Origin: Kiritimatiellia bacterium
GTDB lineage: Bacteria > Verrucomicrobiota > Kiritimatiellia > CAIQIC01 > Lenti-01
Direction of reading: 5' to 3'
Length of the DNA: 64,000 nucleotides
Assembly: GCA_017458625.1 (NCBI GenBank)
Contig: JAFTAH010000138.1
Coordinates: 1,877 to 65,876 of the forward strand
Positions 1 to 12,236 of this stretch are shown in pieces. Each line of letters starts with the position of its first letter. Within the stretch, counting starts at the first letter, position 1. Below the pieces are notes generated by a model. It had not been told where the DNA came from. It worked only from the letters and a program-made list of their open reading frames with translations, and searched no databases. A program made the translations under genes and the position numbers.

Positions 1-1431
1 TCGGCGCACCCGAAGGACGACCCGCTGGCCCCGGACGTCCAGTACTGGCTCCCCATCTCGATGTACTACGGCGGCCAGTACGAGGAGGCCCTGCCGCTGT
101 TCCGCGACTACGCCAAGAACAACCCGATGACCCCCTACGCGCCCGAGGCCGAGTACCGCGCCGCCTGCTGCCTCTACGCCCTCGAGGACTACGAGGGCTG
201 CACCCAGGCCACCGAGGCGTGGCTCGCCGCGCATCCCGACCACTACTTCAAGTTCGAGGCCTCCATCATGCTCGGCGACGCCTATGGCACCCTCGCCGAC
301 TTCCCCGCCGCCAAGACCGCCTACCGCCGCGCGATGGTCCCCGCCGCCGGCCCGTTCTACTACATCGCCCTCACCCAGGCCTCCCGCCTCCACAAGGCCC
401 TCGCCGAGCCCGAGGAATACCAGGAGATGGCCCGCGAGTACGAGCAGTACATCCGCGACATGCCCAACGACTCCAACATCGTCGACGCCGGCTACAACGC
501 GGGCTGGGCCTTCCGCCAGCTCAAGCACCCCGAGCGCGCCGTCGCCCTCTACTGGCGCATGATCGAGCTTTTCGGCAACACGCCCGCCTGGGAGGGCTTC
601 GACCTCATCCTGGCCGACCTCGCCAAGCTCTACCCCCGCGACGACCCCAACGCCTATTCCCGCGAGCTCAACCAGCGCTACACCAAGGCCCTCGCCGCCG
701 GCCGCACCACCCTCGCCAGCCGCCTCGCCGCCGAGATCGTCAAGCGCGCCACCAACACCGCCGACTTCCAGAAGGGCCTCGCCTCCTTCGCCAGCCACTT
801 CCCCGCCGACGCCCTCGGCCCCGAGACCCTCGTCTGGCTCGGCCGCTCCTGGATCGAGAACGGCATGCCCGACGCCGGCACCGAATACCTCCGGCAGCTC
901 CTCGCCGCCTACCCCGACACCCGGCCCGTCCCCGAGGCCCAGATGCTCCTCTCCCAGCAGGCCCTCGAGCGCCGCCAGTACGACGAGGCCTTCTCCATGG
1001 CCGACGCCGTGGTCCAGAACGCCGCCGAGCTCGACATCTACGTCGAGGCCACCTTCTGCCGCGCCGAGGCCCTGCGCGGACTCGGCCACCACGGCGAGGC
1101 CATCAGCGACTACAACGAGATCCTCGCCAACCGTTCCGCCCCCCGCCGCCTCAAGCCCGAGGCCCTCCTCGGCATCGCCTCCTGCCTCGAGGCCCAGAAC
1201 GAGTTCGCCCAGGCCATCGCCTACTACCAGCGCATCTACGTCCTCTACCGCGCCTACAAGCCCCAGGTCCGCCTCGCCTACCTCCGCTCCGGCATCGACT
1301 TCGAGCGCCTCGGCAAGACCCAGGACGCCATCAACACCTACCAGGAGTTCCTCGGCGACCACGACCTCGCCGCCGGCTCCGCCGAGTCCGCCACCGCCAC
1401 CCAGCGCCTCGCCGCCCTCCGCGGCTCCTGA
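1..1431 (+). CDS. Tetratricopeptide-repeat (YbgF/BamD-like TPR) protein, 5'-truncated by window edge
   Basis: Frame open from base 1 to TGA at 1429-1431; repeated TPR-like helices (EAEYRAACCLYALEDY, EALLGIASCLEAQNEFAQAIAYYQRI); strong C3 codon usage. Confidence 0.85.
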   Translation, partial: SAHPKDDPLAPDVQYWLPISMYYGGQYEEALPLFRDYAKNNPMTPYAPEAEYRAACCLYALEDYEGCTQATEAWLAAHPDHYFKFEASIMLGDAYGTLADFPAAKTAYRRAMVPAAGPFYYIALTQASRLHKALAEPEEYQEMAREYEQYIRDMPNDSNIVDAGYNAGWAFRQLKHPERAVALYWRMIELFGNTPAWEGFDLILADLAKLYPRDDPNAYSRELNQRYTKALAAGRTTLASRLAAEIVKRATNTADFQKGLASFASHFPADALGPETLVWLGRSWIENGMPDAGTEYLRQLLAAYPDTRPVPEAQMLLSQQALERRQYDEAFSMADAVVQNAAELDIYVEATFCRAEALRGLGHHGEAISDYNEILANRSAPRRLKPEALLGIASCLEAQNEFAQAIAYYQRIYVLYRAYKPQVRLAYLRSGIDFERLGKTQDAINTYQEFLGDHDLAAGSAESATATQRLAALRGS

Positions 1432-1526
1432 AAACCCGTTTCCATTGCATGGAAAACCCCCGGAAACATGGTTCCATTGTCTGGAAAAACCCCCGAAACA
1501 TGCTTCCATTGTCTGGAAAAGTCCCC
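1432..1526 (+). repeat. Tandem array of three ~32-bp units, each with palindrome TTCCA-N5-TGGAA
   Basis: Units start at 1432, 1464 and 1496 (AAACAYG.TTCCATTG..TGGAAAA.CCCC); array fills the intergenic gap. Confidence 0.9.
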
Positions 1527-1541
1527 AACCCCCGCCCCGCC

Positions 1542-2615
1542 ATGAAACCGATCCGCCTCCCCGCCTCCGCCGCCGTCCTCGTCCTCGCCGCGCTGCTCGC
1601 GCCCGTCGTCGCCGCGCCGCCGGCCGCCGCGCAGCAGCTCGGCCCCTACGAGGTCCAGACGAAGGGCGCCTCCTTCAACGCCAAGTTCATCAAGCGCGAA
1701 AAGGACACCGTGTGGCTCCGCCGCATCGCCCCCGACGGCACCATCGGCCCGCAGGTCGGGTACGAGAAGGCCGACATCGAGAACGTCGCCATGCCGCCCC
1801 CCGCCTTCTTCTCCAACGTCTACGCCATGGTCGCCTCGCCCACGCCGCCCCCCGCCTCCTCGCTCATCCGCGCCGACAAGGCCATCGACGCCTTCATCGA
1901 CACCACCCGCCCCTACCGCGACCTGCCCGGCATCATCTGCGACGAGGCCATCTTCCTCAAGGGCCAGCTGCTCGACCTCCAGCGCAAGTACGACGACGCC
2001 ATCGCCACCTACGAGAGCCTCCGCTCCATGAATCCCCCCTCCCCCTTCGCCACCAACGCCCTCGTCCGCGTCGGCATCGACTACCAGCGCACCACCAACT
2101 CCCTCGAGGCCATCTCCTGCCTGTCCGGCGTGCTGCTGCCCGAGGACGACGAGAACCTCCTCAGCGCCCTCCTCTTCGCGCTGGGCGACGCCTTCGCCGA
2201 CGTCGGCAACTACGACAACGCCCTCCAGTCCTACCTCACGCTCGTCGTCTTCTACCCCTACGTCCGCGACAACGAGCCCCGCGCCCTCGCCAAGGTCCTG
2301 CCCTGCTACGCGGCCCTCAAGGAGTGGGAGCCGCTCTACCGCGCCATCCAGGACATCCACGCCACCTACCCCGGCACCCCCGCCGCCGCCGTCGCCGACG
2401 CCATCGCCAAGAAGTACGCCAAGGAGCTCGGCGAGGCCGGCCTCCTCGTCGCCGATGGCGAACGCGTCGTGGAAGACGCCGCCGACGGCCCCCTCAAGGG
2501 CACCACCGCCGCCACCGAGGCCCCCGAGCACACCCAGCTCCCCGGCGCCTCCGCCAGGCCCGACGCCGACATCTCCCCCATCGCCGACACCGTCACCTAC
2601 CCCGACGAGCTGTAG
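1542..2615 (+). CDS. Secreted TPR-repeat protein
   Basis: ATG at 1542, signal peptide MKPIRLPASAAVLVLAALLAPVVAA, TPR motifs (ALLFALGDAFADVGNYDNALQSY). Confidence 0.8.
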   Translation: MKPIRLPASAAVLVLAALLAPVVAAPPAAAQQLGPYEVQTKGASFNAKFIKREKDTVWLRRIAPDGTIGPQVGYEKADIENVAMPPPAFFSNVYAMVASPTPPPASSLIRADKAIDAFIDTTRPYRDLPGIICDEAIFLKGQLLDLQRKYDDAIATYESLRSMNPPSPFATNALVRVGIDYQRTTNSLEAISCLSGVLLPEDDENLLSALLFALGDAFADVGNYDNALQSYLTLVVFYPYVRDNEPRALAKVLPCYAALKEWEPLYRAIQDIHATYPGTPAAAVADAIAKKYAKELGEAGLLVADGERVVEDAADGPLKGTTAATEAPEHTQLPGASARPDADISPIADTVTYPDEL

Positions 2616-2725
2616 CCCCCCCCCGCCGGCTGTCGGCGGTCCACGGCCGGCCCCTCGCGCGTCGCCAGTCGCGCGTCGCCAGTCGCAATGCCTGCCCGCA
2701 CCCCGGACTTGCGCCCGCAATATGT

Positions 2726-2741
2726 GTGATTTTACGTCAAA
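2726..2741 (+). repeat. Polar intergenic motif copy (GTGATTTTACGTCAAA)
   Basis: Exact core followed by ACAAGGCTTTTTTG. Confidence 0.9.
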
Positions 2742-2757
2742 ACAAGGCTTTTTTGCG

Positions 2758-2821
2758 CAAAACGTTTTCCCGGCGATGGAAACGTGTTTCGGCACTGTTT
2801 CCATGAAATGGAACCTGGTTT
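2758..2821 (-). repeat. Two 32-bp TTCCA-N5-TGGAA units, reverse orientation
   Basis: Minus strand reads AAACCAGGTTCCATTTCATGGAAACAGTGCCG / AAACACGTTTCCATCGCCGGGAAAACG; same family as 1432 and 30897. Confidence 0.8.
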
Positions 2822-2918
2822 CGGGCCGACGTCGGCGATGGCTCCGGCCCGTTTTCCGCCCCGTACGGCGTTTTTTCCTTTCCCCGTGTCCGTCTTTGGT
2901 GTAGAAACCGCGCCCGCC

Positions 2919-4763
<1,845 letters not shown>

Positions 4764-4799
4764 GAAGCCAGCAACGCCGGGATTTCCTCGGCAATTCCC

Positions 4800-4829
4800 G
4801 TAGCGGGCGGCCATCGCGCCGCCCCTTTC
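4800..4829 (+). repeat. GTAG-type REP-like hairpin, possibly also a terminator, between convergent genes
   Basis: GTAGC-GGGCGGC-CATCGC-GCCGCCC-CTTTT. Confidence 0.55.
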
Positions 4830-4830
4830 G

Positions 4831-7101
4831 CTATTGCCAGAACAGCTTGCTCGACGGCGTGGAGGCGGGCGCGTTGGTGGGGGGCGGCGGCGGCGGCAGC
4901 TGCTCGTCGAGGATGGACTGCAGGACCAGCGCGTCGGGATCCTCCGGGACGGCCGAAAGATACTGCCGGAGCGGCTTCGCGGCCCGGCGGTACTGGCGGA
5001 GCCGGATGAGCGCGTCGGCCAGCTTGTAGAGCCGCTTGAAGCGATACGGGGCGATGCGCTCGGCGTGCGCGATGGCGTCGTTGGACTCGTCCCACTCGCC
5101 CGTCAGGCAGTAGAGGCTCGCCAGCTCCTCCCAGAGCAGCGGATTGTCCGGGGTCTGCTCAATGGCGGTGCGAAGCGCGGCGACGGCCTCGGCCGGCTGG
5201 TCGGTGCGGTAGAGGGCCTGGGAGAGCAGGATGGAGGCATCGGAGTTGGACGGATCGCGCCCCAGCGCGTAGCGGAGCCAGGGCTGGGCCGGCTCGGGAT
5301 GTTCAGCCTCGAGCAGGTAGCTGGCGACGCGGGTGGCGTAGAGCACGTCGAAATAGCCGTCGTGCCCGTCCGGGGCGTGCAGGATAGGCAACACCTCGTC
5401 GAAGGGATGCCCCTGGGCGGACAGGATGAAGCAGAGCAGCGCGCGAACGTCGTAGCGGTGGGGCGCCAGGGACAGCGCGGACCGGGCGGCGGTCTCGGCG
5501 CGGGCAGCATCGCCGGCGCGCAAGAGGTAGTAGGCCGCACGGGCGGAAAAGGCGAGATCCCCGGGCCGGGCCTCCTGGCGGCGCGCGAAGATGGCATGGG
5601 TCTGACGCAGCGAAATGGCGTCGACGCGCGCCTGGGCGGCATCGCGCAGACCTCTCAGATACGCCAGCGTGTTGGTGTGGGTGGTCTGCCGCAGGAACGG
5701 CTGCGACACCTGCTGGTGGAGCAGCGTGTCCGCCACGGAGCACTCGCCCCACGGATTCTGGAGCAGGAAGCTCGCCAGCTCGACGGCAGGCGGCAGGGCG
5801 GCATCCGGAGCCGGCAGGAGCGGCGCGAAGGCGGACGCGCCCTGGAGCGTCTCCAGCAGCCCCCGGGCCAGCGCGTAGGTGGCAGCGAAGGAGAAATGGA
5901 CGTGGTCCAGGAAGAGGTCGTGGCCGGGAATCCCGTTGGTGGACAGCGTGGCAAACAGCTGGTCGGCGTCGAAGAGCGGCAGGCCGCGCTCTGCGGCCGC
6001 ATCCCGGATGACCTGGTTGAGGTGCGAGGTCGCCCGCAACGGCAGGGCGTCTGCATCCGCCGCCCGGCGGAACAGCGCGTCCGCATCCGCCACGCGCCCC
6101 AGCGCCAGCGCAACGGTCGCGGCCCGGAAGAGGCCCTCGGCATGGCGCGGATTCAGCACCAGCAGCTCGTCATAACGGGCGGCGGCGGCTTCCAGGTCGT
6201 TGGTCTGCGCGGCCTTGATCGCGGCCCGGAAGAGCTCGCGCACCTCCTGCGCCTTGGTCTCGTCCGCCAGATATGCGGTGGCGAACGGCGAGCAGTCGCG
6301 CAGGTTCACGGGCATGGTGACGGGCACGACGACCGGGGCGGCCCCGCAGGCCAGATCGAGCGTCGCGGCATAGTTGGCCACGAACGAACGGCGCACGGAC
6401 TCGCGGCGCGGGTCGTCGAGCTGGAAGCGGTCGCGCAAGGTGAGCGGCTCGGCGGACTTCCAGGCGTCGCGGTCGGCCAGGCGCGGCAAAAAGCGGTTCC
6501 GGAGGTCGGCGTAGAGCAGATGGAGGCTGGAGCGAGAAAGCAACGTCCAGATACGCGCAAGCCGAGCCGAGGTGTGCAGCCGTCCGGAAGGGGACGCCGG
6601 CCCGAAAGGCCCCGAGATCTCGTTGTTGCCATACATCAGGATCACCGCGTCCGGCTGCAGGCGGAAGAGGTCGCGGGCCGACTCGCGCAACGTGTGGGAA
6701 TTGCCTTCGGCCAGGCCCAGGGGAATCACCTCGACCTGCGCTTCCGGCGCCCGAACCTGGAGCAGCGCCTCCAGCACACGGGCCAGGCCAAAGGACGGAT
6801 CGGGCAGCCCCAGCCCCGCGTCATCGGCCAGCAGCACCACCCGGATGGAACCCGGCTGGCGGTGCTCGGCGGCGATGACGGGCAGCGGCGGCGTGGCCGT
6901 GCGCGGCGCCGCGAAACGGTAGGCGAAGAACGGATTGTCCACCAGCATCGGCGTGCCATCGGCGGCCGTCGATTCGACAAGATGCCGGGAGGAGTAGTGC
7001 GGCGCGACAATCCGCGCCACCAGTTCCGCCACGCCCAGAAGCAACAGGAGGACCAGCAGGACGATTCCGAGACGGCGAAGGAGTCGAAGCAAAGTGGACA
7101 T
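4831..7101 (-). CDS. Membrane-anchored SGNH/GDSL-like domain plus TPR protein
   Basis: N-terminal TM helix; PDAVILMYGNNE and FLDHVHF (SGNH blocks III and V); C-terminal TPRs. Confidence 0.75.
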   Translation of the reverse strand: MSTLLRLLRRLGIVLLVLLLLLGVAELVARIVAPHYSSRHLVESTAADGTPMLVDNPFFAYRFAAPRTATPPLPVIAAEHRQPGSIRVVLLADDAGLGLPDPSFGLARVLEALLQVRAPEAQVEVIPLGLAEGNSHTLRESARDLFRLQPDAVILMYGNNEISGPFGPASPSGRLHTSARLARIWTLLSRSSLHLLYADLRNRFLPRLADRDAWKSAEPLTLRDRFQLDDPRRESVRRSFVANYAATLDLACGAAPVVVPVTMPVNLRDCSPFATAYLADETKAQEVRELFRAAIKAAQTNDLEAAAARYDELLVLNPRHAEGLFRAATVALALGRVADADALFRRAADADALPLRATSHLNQVIRDAAAERGLPLFDADQLFATLSTNGIPGHDLFLDHVHFSFAATYALARGLLETLQGASAFAPLLPAPDAALPPAVELASFLLQNPWGECSVADTLLHQQVSQPFLRQTTHTNTLAYLRGLRDAAQARVDAISLRQTHAIFARRQEARPGDLAFSARAAYYLLRAGDAARAETAARSALSLAPHRYDVRALLCFILSAQGHPFDEVLPILHAPDGHDGYFDVLYATRVASYLLEAEHPEPAQPWLRYALGRDPSNSDASILLSQALYRTDQPAEAVAALRTAIEQTPDNPLLWEELASLYCLTGEWDESNDAIAHAERIAPYRFKRLYKLADALIRLRQYRRAAKPLRQYLSAVPEDPDALVLQSILDEQLPPPPPPTNAPASTPSSKLFWQ

Positions 7102-7142
7102 AGGCAAACCGTGGGGCTAGGAGACGGGAATTGGGCGGCGGT

Positions 7143-8336
7143 TCATGGCGTGATTCCCCGGTAGTGAAGCGGAGCGGACTCGCCCTCGGCCTCGGCGGCG
7201 GCTTTCGCGGCCTGCTCGGCAGCGGCGGCGTCGAACGAGTTGTCCTCCAGCCACAACGTGGACTGCTTGAAGTCGAGCACGACCGTGTATTCCCGCCAGA
7301 GCCGCCAGCCGATGCGCGGCGGAGCTTCCGGAGGCAGGCCCAGCGACTCGTGCGTGACGACCGGCACCTCGTCCAGGACGTAGCCACCCAGGTCCAGCAT
7401 CGCCGTTCCGCGCTCGGCCGCCCCGGCCAGTTCAGGCACCCCAGCCGGCACCGACAACGCAAAATCGCCGGCCAGGTCAATCCAGCAGTTCTGCATGCTC
7501 CCGTCGATCCGGGCAACGACGGACGGCCGCTCCCGCACCATCGTCATCGGCAGATGGAGGACCTCCTGCGACCCCGAACGGTAGGTCTGCGATGTCGCCA
7601 GAATCGCCGTCCGCTCCGGAAAGCTGATCCGGATGAACGAAAAGGCCTGCATCAGGGAGGCCCCCATCACGGCGGTGATGCGCTTGCGGGCGCCTTCCAT
7701 CGCCCGCCGGACGAGCCAGGAACGTTCCGGCGCCGGGGCCGCCTCAGGACGCGCCAACGGCCCCAGCAGACCATACGCAGGCGGCACGTAGTAGACGGGC
7801 GACTCGACGTGCAACGTCTCGAACACCACCTTGTTGGCCACCCCCGCATAGCCCGGAATGTCCGAGACCACATGGTCCGGATACTCGCCGATGGGCTCGC
7901 CGTCCGGATCCTCCTTGAACGGCCGATAGTCCTGGTCGGGCGCGCTCTCGTAGCGGCACCAGTTCTGCCGCGCGGTCGGATCCAGCAGCAGCCCGTATTC
8001 CTCCATGCGGGCCGACTCCGCTCGCACGATAGGCAACGAGGACTTCCCCGGGCCGAAAAACCGGACTAGCGCGCTCTTGCCGTACCAGGGACGGTTCGCG
8101 TTCTGGAACACCGGCTTGCCCGTCGTCCCGCGATAGACCGTGATGTTGGCCACGCGGGCGTCGCGGCCGCTCTCGATGAAGGCGTCGACCTCCGCCTGGG
8201 GGGCCGGCTCCGGCGCCAGGGGCAGCCGATCGACCCCGAAGCGCAGACAGCCCGCCCCCAGCAGGGGCAACAAGGCCAGCGTCAACGTCGCAGCGCCAAT
8301 GGCGGAAACAGGTTGTCGCAGAGGAAACAAGCTCAT
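7143..8336 (-). CDS. Hypothetical lipoprotein, degenerate two-domain retropepsin-like fold
   Basis: Lipobox LGAGC; LLLDPTA...VMGASLMQAF and WIDLAG...RIGWRLWREYTVVLDF resemble Asp_protease_2 patterns. Confidence 0.55.
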   Translation of the reverse strand: MSLFPLRQPVSAIGAATLTLALLPLLGAGCLRFGVDRLPLAPEPAPQAEVDAFIESGRDARVANITVYRGTTGKPVFQNANRPWYGKSALVRFFGPGKSSLPIVRAESARMEEYGLLLDPTARQNWCRYESAPDQDYRPFKEDPDGEPIGEYPDHVVSDIPGYAGVANKVVFETLHVESPVYYVPPAYGLLGPLARPEAAPAPERSWLVRRAMEGARKRITAVMGASLMQAFSFIRISFPERTAILATSQTYRSGSQEVLHLPMTMVRERPSVVARIDGSMQNCWIDLAGDFALSVPAGVPELAGAAERGTAMLDLGGYVLDEVPVVTHESLGLPPEAPPRIGWRLWREYTVVLDFKQSTLWLEDNSFDAAAAEQAAKAAAEAEGESAPLHYRGITP

Positions 8337-8535
8337 GGTGGTTGCAGTATGCGCCCCCGACGCCCCCGACGCAAACCGAATCCGCCTCCCCCTCCGCCGT
8401 TCGACCGTCGACTGTCGGCCGTCGTTCCTCTCCCCTCCCCTCCCTTGCCTCTGGCCGTCCCGTTCCCCCTTTGCCTCCCCCTTCTGCCTCCCCCTTTGTC
8501 CTCCGCCCCCCTTCCTCCGCACCCCCCAAAAGCGT

Positions 8536-8551
8536 GTGATTCTACGTAAAA
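8536..8551 (+). repeat. Polar intergenic motif copy (GTGATTCTACGTAAAA)
   Basis: Between divergent genes; followed by TATTGGCTTTTTTACCCATTT. Confidence 0.85.
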
Positions 8552-8727
8552 TATTGGCTTTTTTACCCATTTCACCTCTCAGGCCACAGGGCCGTCGCGC
8601 CTCGCCTCCCCTCCCCTTTTTCGCCCCCCTCCATCCCCGGATTTCGTGCGCGACAAGCCCCCGCCGCTGCGCTATGATGCTTCCCGTCACGGCGGCATCC
8701 CCCGCCACACAGGAAGCGAGGCGCAAG

Positions 8728-9612
8728 ATGAGAATGGATGGCAGACGGCAGAGTTCCCACGTGGACGACAGACGCGGACGTACGGCCAAGGTGGCCGGCG
8801 GCCTGGGACTGGGCGGCATCCTGCTCGTCGCCCTCCTCTCCTACCTCGGCGGCGGCAATCCGCTGGAGGCGATCTTCGGCGCCATCTCGCAAAGCGGCGG
8901 CATCAACCTCGGCGGCCAGACCACTTCCCAGCAGGCCGAACCCTACCAGCCCACCGCCGAGGAGGAGGAGCTCGCCGTCTTCGCCCGCCAGATCCTCGCC
9001 GGCACGGAGGACGTCTGGACCGAGCTCTTCGCCCGGCAGGGCAAGCGCTACACGCCGCCCAAGCTCGTTCTCTTCACCGATGCGGTCCAGAGCGGCTGCG
9101 GCGGTGCCACCAAGCAGACCGGGCCCTTCTACTGCTCCGCCGACCAGAACGTCTATCTCGACCTCTCCTTCTTCAGCTCCATGCGCCGCGACCTCGGCGC
9201 CGACGGCGACTTCGCCTACGCCTACGTCATCGGTCACGAGATCGGCCACCACGTCCAGCATCTGCTCGGCACCCTCGACCAGGCCCACGCCCGCATGCAG
9301 CGCCTCGGCAAGGAGGAGGCCAACCGCATCAGCGTCCGCCTCGAGCTCCAGGCCGACTTCTACGCCGGCGTCTGGGCCCATCACGACAACGCCCGCTTCG
9401 GCAGCCTCGAGGACGGCGACATCGAGGAGGCCATCCGCTGCGCCCAGGTCATCGGCGACGACTTCCTCCAGAAGAAGGCCCGCGGCTACGTCCAGCCCGA
9501 CAGCTTCACCCACGGCACCAGCGCCTCCCGCATGCGCTGGTTCAAGCGCGGACTCGCCAGCGGCAACCTCGCGGACGGCGACACCTTCTCCGTCCCCTTC
9601 GACCAGCTCTAG
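8728..9612 (+). CDS. Neutral zinc metallopeptidase (YpfJ / Zn_peptidase family)
   Basis: MRMDGRRQSSHVDDRR start, GPFYCSAD, AYVIGHEIGHHVQ, ELQADFYAG, FTHGTS. Confidence 0.93.
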   Translation: MRMDGRRQSSHVDDRRGRTAKVAGGLGLGGILLVALLSYLGGGNPLEAIFGAISQSGGINLGGQTTSQQAEPYQPTAEEEELAVFARQILAGTEDVWTELFARQGKRYTPPKLVLFTDAVQSGCGGATKQTGPFYCSADQNVYLDLSFFSSMRRDLGADGDFAYAYVIGHEIGHHVQHLLGTLDQAHARMQRLGKEEANRISVRLELQADFYAGVWAHHDNARFGSLEDGDIEEAIRCAQVIGDDFLQKKARGYVQPDSFTHGTSASRMRWFKRGLASGNLADGDTFSVPFDQL

Positions 9613-9693
9613 CCGCGCGATGCGCCCGTCCGGCCCCCGCCCCACGTCCTGGCCCCGGACCCTCCGGTCTGCCCTCTGGCCGCCGCCTAGCCG

Positions 9694-11985
9694 ATGAGTT
9701 CCCGCGATTCCACGGCCCGTCCGCACGGCTTTGGCACCTTCCAGGGCGTCTTCACGCCGAGCATCCTCACGATCATCGGCGTGGTCATGTACCTGCGCTT
9801 CGGGTGGGTGCTGGGCAACCTCGGCCTGGGCGCCACCCTGCTCCTGGTCACCGCCTCCAGCGCCATCACCTTCCTCACCGGCCTGTCCGTCTCCGCGCTT
9901 GCCACCAACCGCGAAGTCGGCGGCGGCGGGGCCTACTACATGGTGTCGCGCGCCTTTGGCGCGGAGGTGGGCGCGGCCGTCGGCATCCCCCTCTACCTCT
10001 CGCAGGCCATTGCCATCGCCTTCTACGTCGCCGGCTTCACCGAGGCCTTCCTCGGCTCCGTCCCCGCCGCCGCCAACTGGGATCCACGCCTCGTCGGCAC
10101 CGTGGTGCTGCTCTCCCTGGCCGCCCTCTCGCTCTTCTCCGCCAACCTCGCCCTCAAGGCCCAGTACGTGATCATGGCGGCCATCGTCGCCTCGCTCGTC
10201 TCCTTTTTCCTCGGCACCGCCCCCGCCCCGGACGTCCTCGGCAACCCGCTCTCCACCGTCGCCAAGAAGGACTTCTGGACCGTCCTGGCCGTCTTCTTCC
10301 CCGCCGTCACTGGCATCCTTTCGGGCGTCGGCATGAGCGGCGACCTGGCCGATCCTGGCCGCGCCATCCCGCGCGGCACGCTCGGCGCCGTCCTGACGGG
10401 CTGGGTCATCTACATGGCCGTCCCGATTGCCTTCCAGCACTTCGCCGGCGGCTCGGCGGCGCTCATCGAAGACCCCATGCTCTTCGCCAAGTGCGCCCGC
10501 TGGGCCGGGGCCGTCACCGTGGGCGTCTGGGCCGCGTGCCTCTCCAGCGCCCTGGGCTCCCTGCTCGCCGCCCCCCGCGTCGTCCAGGCCGTCGCCCGCG
10601 ACCGCCTTCTCCCCGAGGCCTTTGGCCGCGGCTACGGCCCCAGCGACGAGCCCCGCCTGGCCACCACCTTCACCCTGCTCCTCGCCACGGCCTGCATCTG
10701 GGCGGGCGGCGTCGACCTCCTCGCCCCCGTCCTCACCATGATCAACCTCATCGTCTACGCCCTCCTCAACCTCTCCGCCGGGTTCGAGGAACTGGTCGGA
10801 AGCCCCTCCTGGCGCCCGCGTTTCCGCGTCCCCGCCCCCCTCTCCCTGCTCGGCTTCGCCGGCTGCGCCACCGTCATGCTGCTCATCAGCGCCTCCGCCA
10901 CCATCGTCGCCGTCGCCGTCGTCGCCACCCTCCACTGGATCCTCATGCGCCGCCGCCTCAACGCCCGCTGGGGCGACATCCGGCGTGGCTTCCGCCTCTG
11001 GACCGTCCAGCGCAGCCTCCGCGCCCTCGCCGACTCCGCCGACGACGGCCGCAACTGGCAACCCGACCTCCTGGTGCTCGCCGGCACCCCCTCCCGCCGC
11101 CCCCGCCTCGTCCGCCTCGCCGGCGCCATCGCCCGCGACCACGGCCTCGTGACCGTCGCCGCCGTCATCCCCGCCGAGAACTGGACCGCCGCCCGGGCCG
11201 ACTCCATGCGGCAGGCCATCCGCGCCTACCTCGACCGCGAAGGGCTCCACGCCTTTGCCTACGTCCATCCCGGCGGTACCCCGTCCCCCTGGACCGGCAT
11301 GCGCGAAATGGTCCGCACCTACGGCTTCGGGCCTGTCGCCCCCAACACCATACTCCTCGGCTTCACCTCCGACCCCGCCGCCCAGCCCGAACTCGCCGCC
11401 CTCGTCCAGCTCGCCGCCCAGATGCGCCGCAACGTCGTCCTCGTCGCCGGCGCCGGGGCTGGCGATGAAGAAGACAATGTCCCGTCCCCGCCAGCGGCGG
11501 CTACGCCAGCCGAACCTGCCACCTCGACCGCCCCGCCGCCCCTCGCGCCTCCGCCTCGCCCCTTCCGCATCGACCTCTGGTGGCGCGGCAAGGGCCCCAA
11601 CGCCCCCTTCCTCCTTGCCCTCGCCTGGCTGGTCCAACACGCCCGCCGCCACGAAGCCACTTGCCTCCGCCTCTGCCACGTCCTCGAGCCCGGCGAATCC
11701 TCCTCCGCCGTCGCCGCCACCCTCCGCGCCTTCCTCGCGCAAATCCGCGTCGACGGCGAAGTCAACCCCGTCGCCCCCGCCGGACGCTCTCCCATGCAGG
11801 CCATCCGCGACGAATCCGCCGACGCCTTCCTCGTCATCATGGGCCTCCGCGCCCCGCTCCCCGACGAAGCCCCAGCCGCCTACGGCGCCTACCTCGATGC
11901 CTGCCGCGCCTCTGCCACCGGCCTCCCCCTGACCGCCTTCGCCCTTGCCGCCGAGTCCCTCGACTTCCGCGGCATCTTCGCCTAG
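9694..11985 (+). CDS. Amino-acid permease / cation-chloride cotransporter (SLC12-like)
   Basis: FGTFQGVFTPSILTIIGV, GGGGAYYMVSR, FFPAVTGI.SG..MSGDL, ~12 TM helices plus C-terminal cytoplasmic domain (RNWQPDLLV). Confidence 0.9.
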   Translation: MSSRDSTARPHGFGTFQGVFTPSILTIIGVVMYLRFGWVLGNLGLGATLLLVTASSAITFLTGLSVSALATNREVGGGGAYYMVSRAFGAEVGAAVGIPLYLSQAIAIAFYVAGFTEAFLGSVPAAANWDPRLVGTVVLLSLAALSLFSANLALKAQYVIMAAIVASLVSFFLGTAPAPDVLGNPLSTVAKKDFWTVLAVFFPAVTGILSGVGMSGDLADPGRAIPRGTLGAVLTGWVIYMAVPIAFQHFAGGSAALIEDPMLFAKCARWAGAVTVGVWAACLSSALGSLLAAPRVVQAVARDRLLPEAFGRGYGPSDEPRLATTFTLLLATACIWAGGVDLLAPVLTMINLIVYALLNLSAGFEELVGSPSWRPRFRVPAPLSLLGFAGCATVMLLISASATIVAVAVVATLHWILMRRRLNARWGDIRRGFRLWTVQRSLRALADSADDGRNWQPDLLVLAGTPSRRPRLVRLAGAIARDHGLVTVAAVIPAENWTAARADSMRQAIRAYLDREGLHAFAYVHPGGTPSPWTGMREMVRTYGFGPVAPNTILLGFTSDPAAQPELAALVQLAAQMRRNVVLVAGAGAGDEEDNVPSPPAAATPAEPATSTAPPPLAPPPRPFRIDLWWRGKGPNAPFLLALAWLVQHARRHEATCLRLCHVLEPGESSSAVAATLRAFLAQIRVDGEVNPVAPAGRSPMQAIRDESADAFLVIMGLRAPLPDEAPAAYGAYLDACRASATGLPLTAFALAAESLDFRGIFA

Positions 11986-12054
11986 CCCCCCACGCCCGCC
12001 CCCGCTCCTCGCCCCTCCGCCCCTCCGCCCCCCCCTTTTGCCCTCCAAAATGCT

Positions 12055-12070
12055 GTGATTTTACGTCAAA
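12055..12070 (+). repeat. Polar intergenic motif copy
   Basis: GTGATTTTACGTCAAACATTGGGTTTTTG. Confidence 0.9.
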
Positions 12071-12236
12071 CATTGGGTTTTTGCTCATTTTTCCTGTTCC
12101 GCCCCGTTCGGTTCCGGGCTGCGCGGCCCGCCTCCCCTCTCCTGCCCCCCTTCCCGGGGTGTCGGGGCCTCGCCCCGCGAAAAGGTTGGAGCCCCCCCCT
12201 GGAGTGTGCTAGGATGACCCCATCAGGGGCAAACCC

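Noticed and set aside
1432-1526. CRISPR array interpretation of the 32-bp palindromic repeats (also 30897-30989)
   Set aside because: Units are directly adjacent with no unique spacers, and no cas genes are in the window
219-1541. N-terminal extension of ORF 219..2615
   Set aside because: Arg/Pro-rich off-frame reading of the upstream TPR gene; the real start with signal peptide is at 1542
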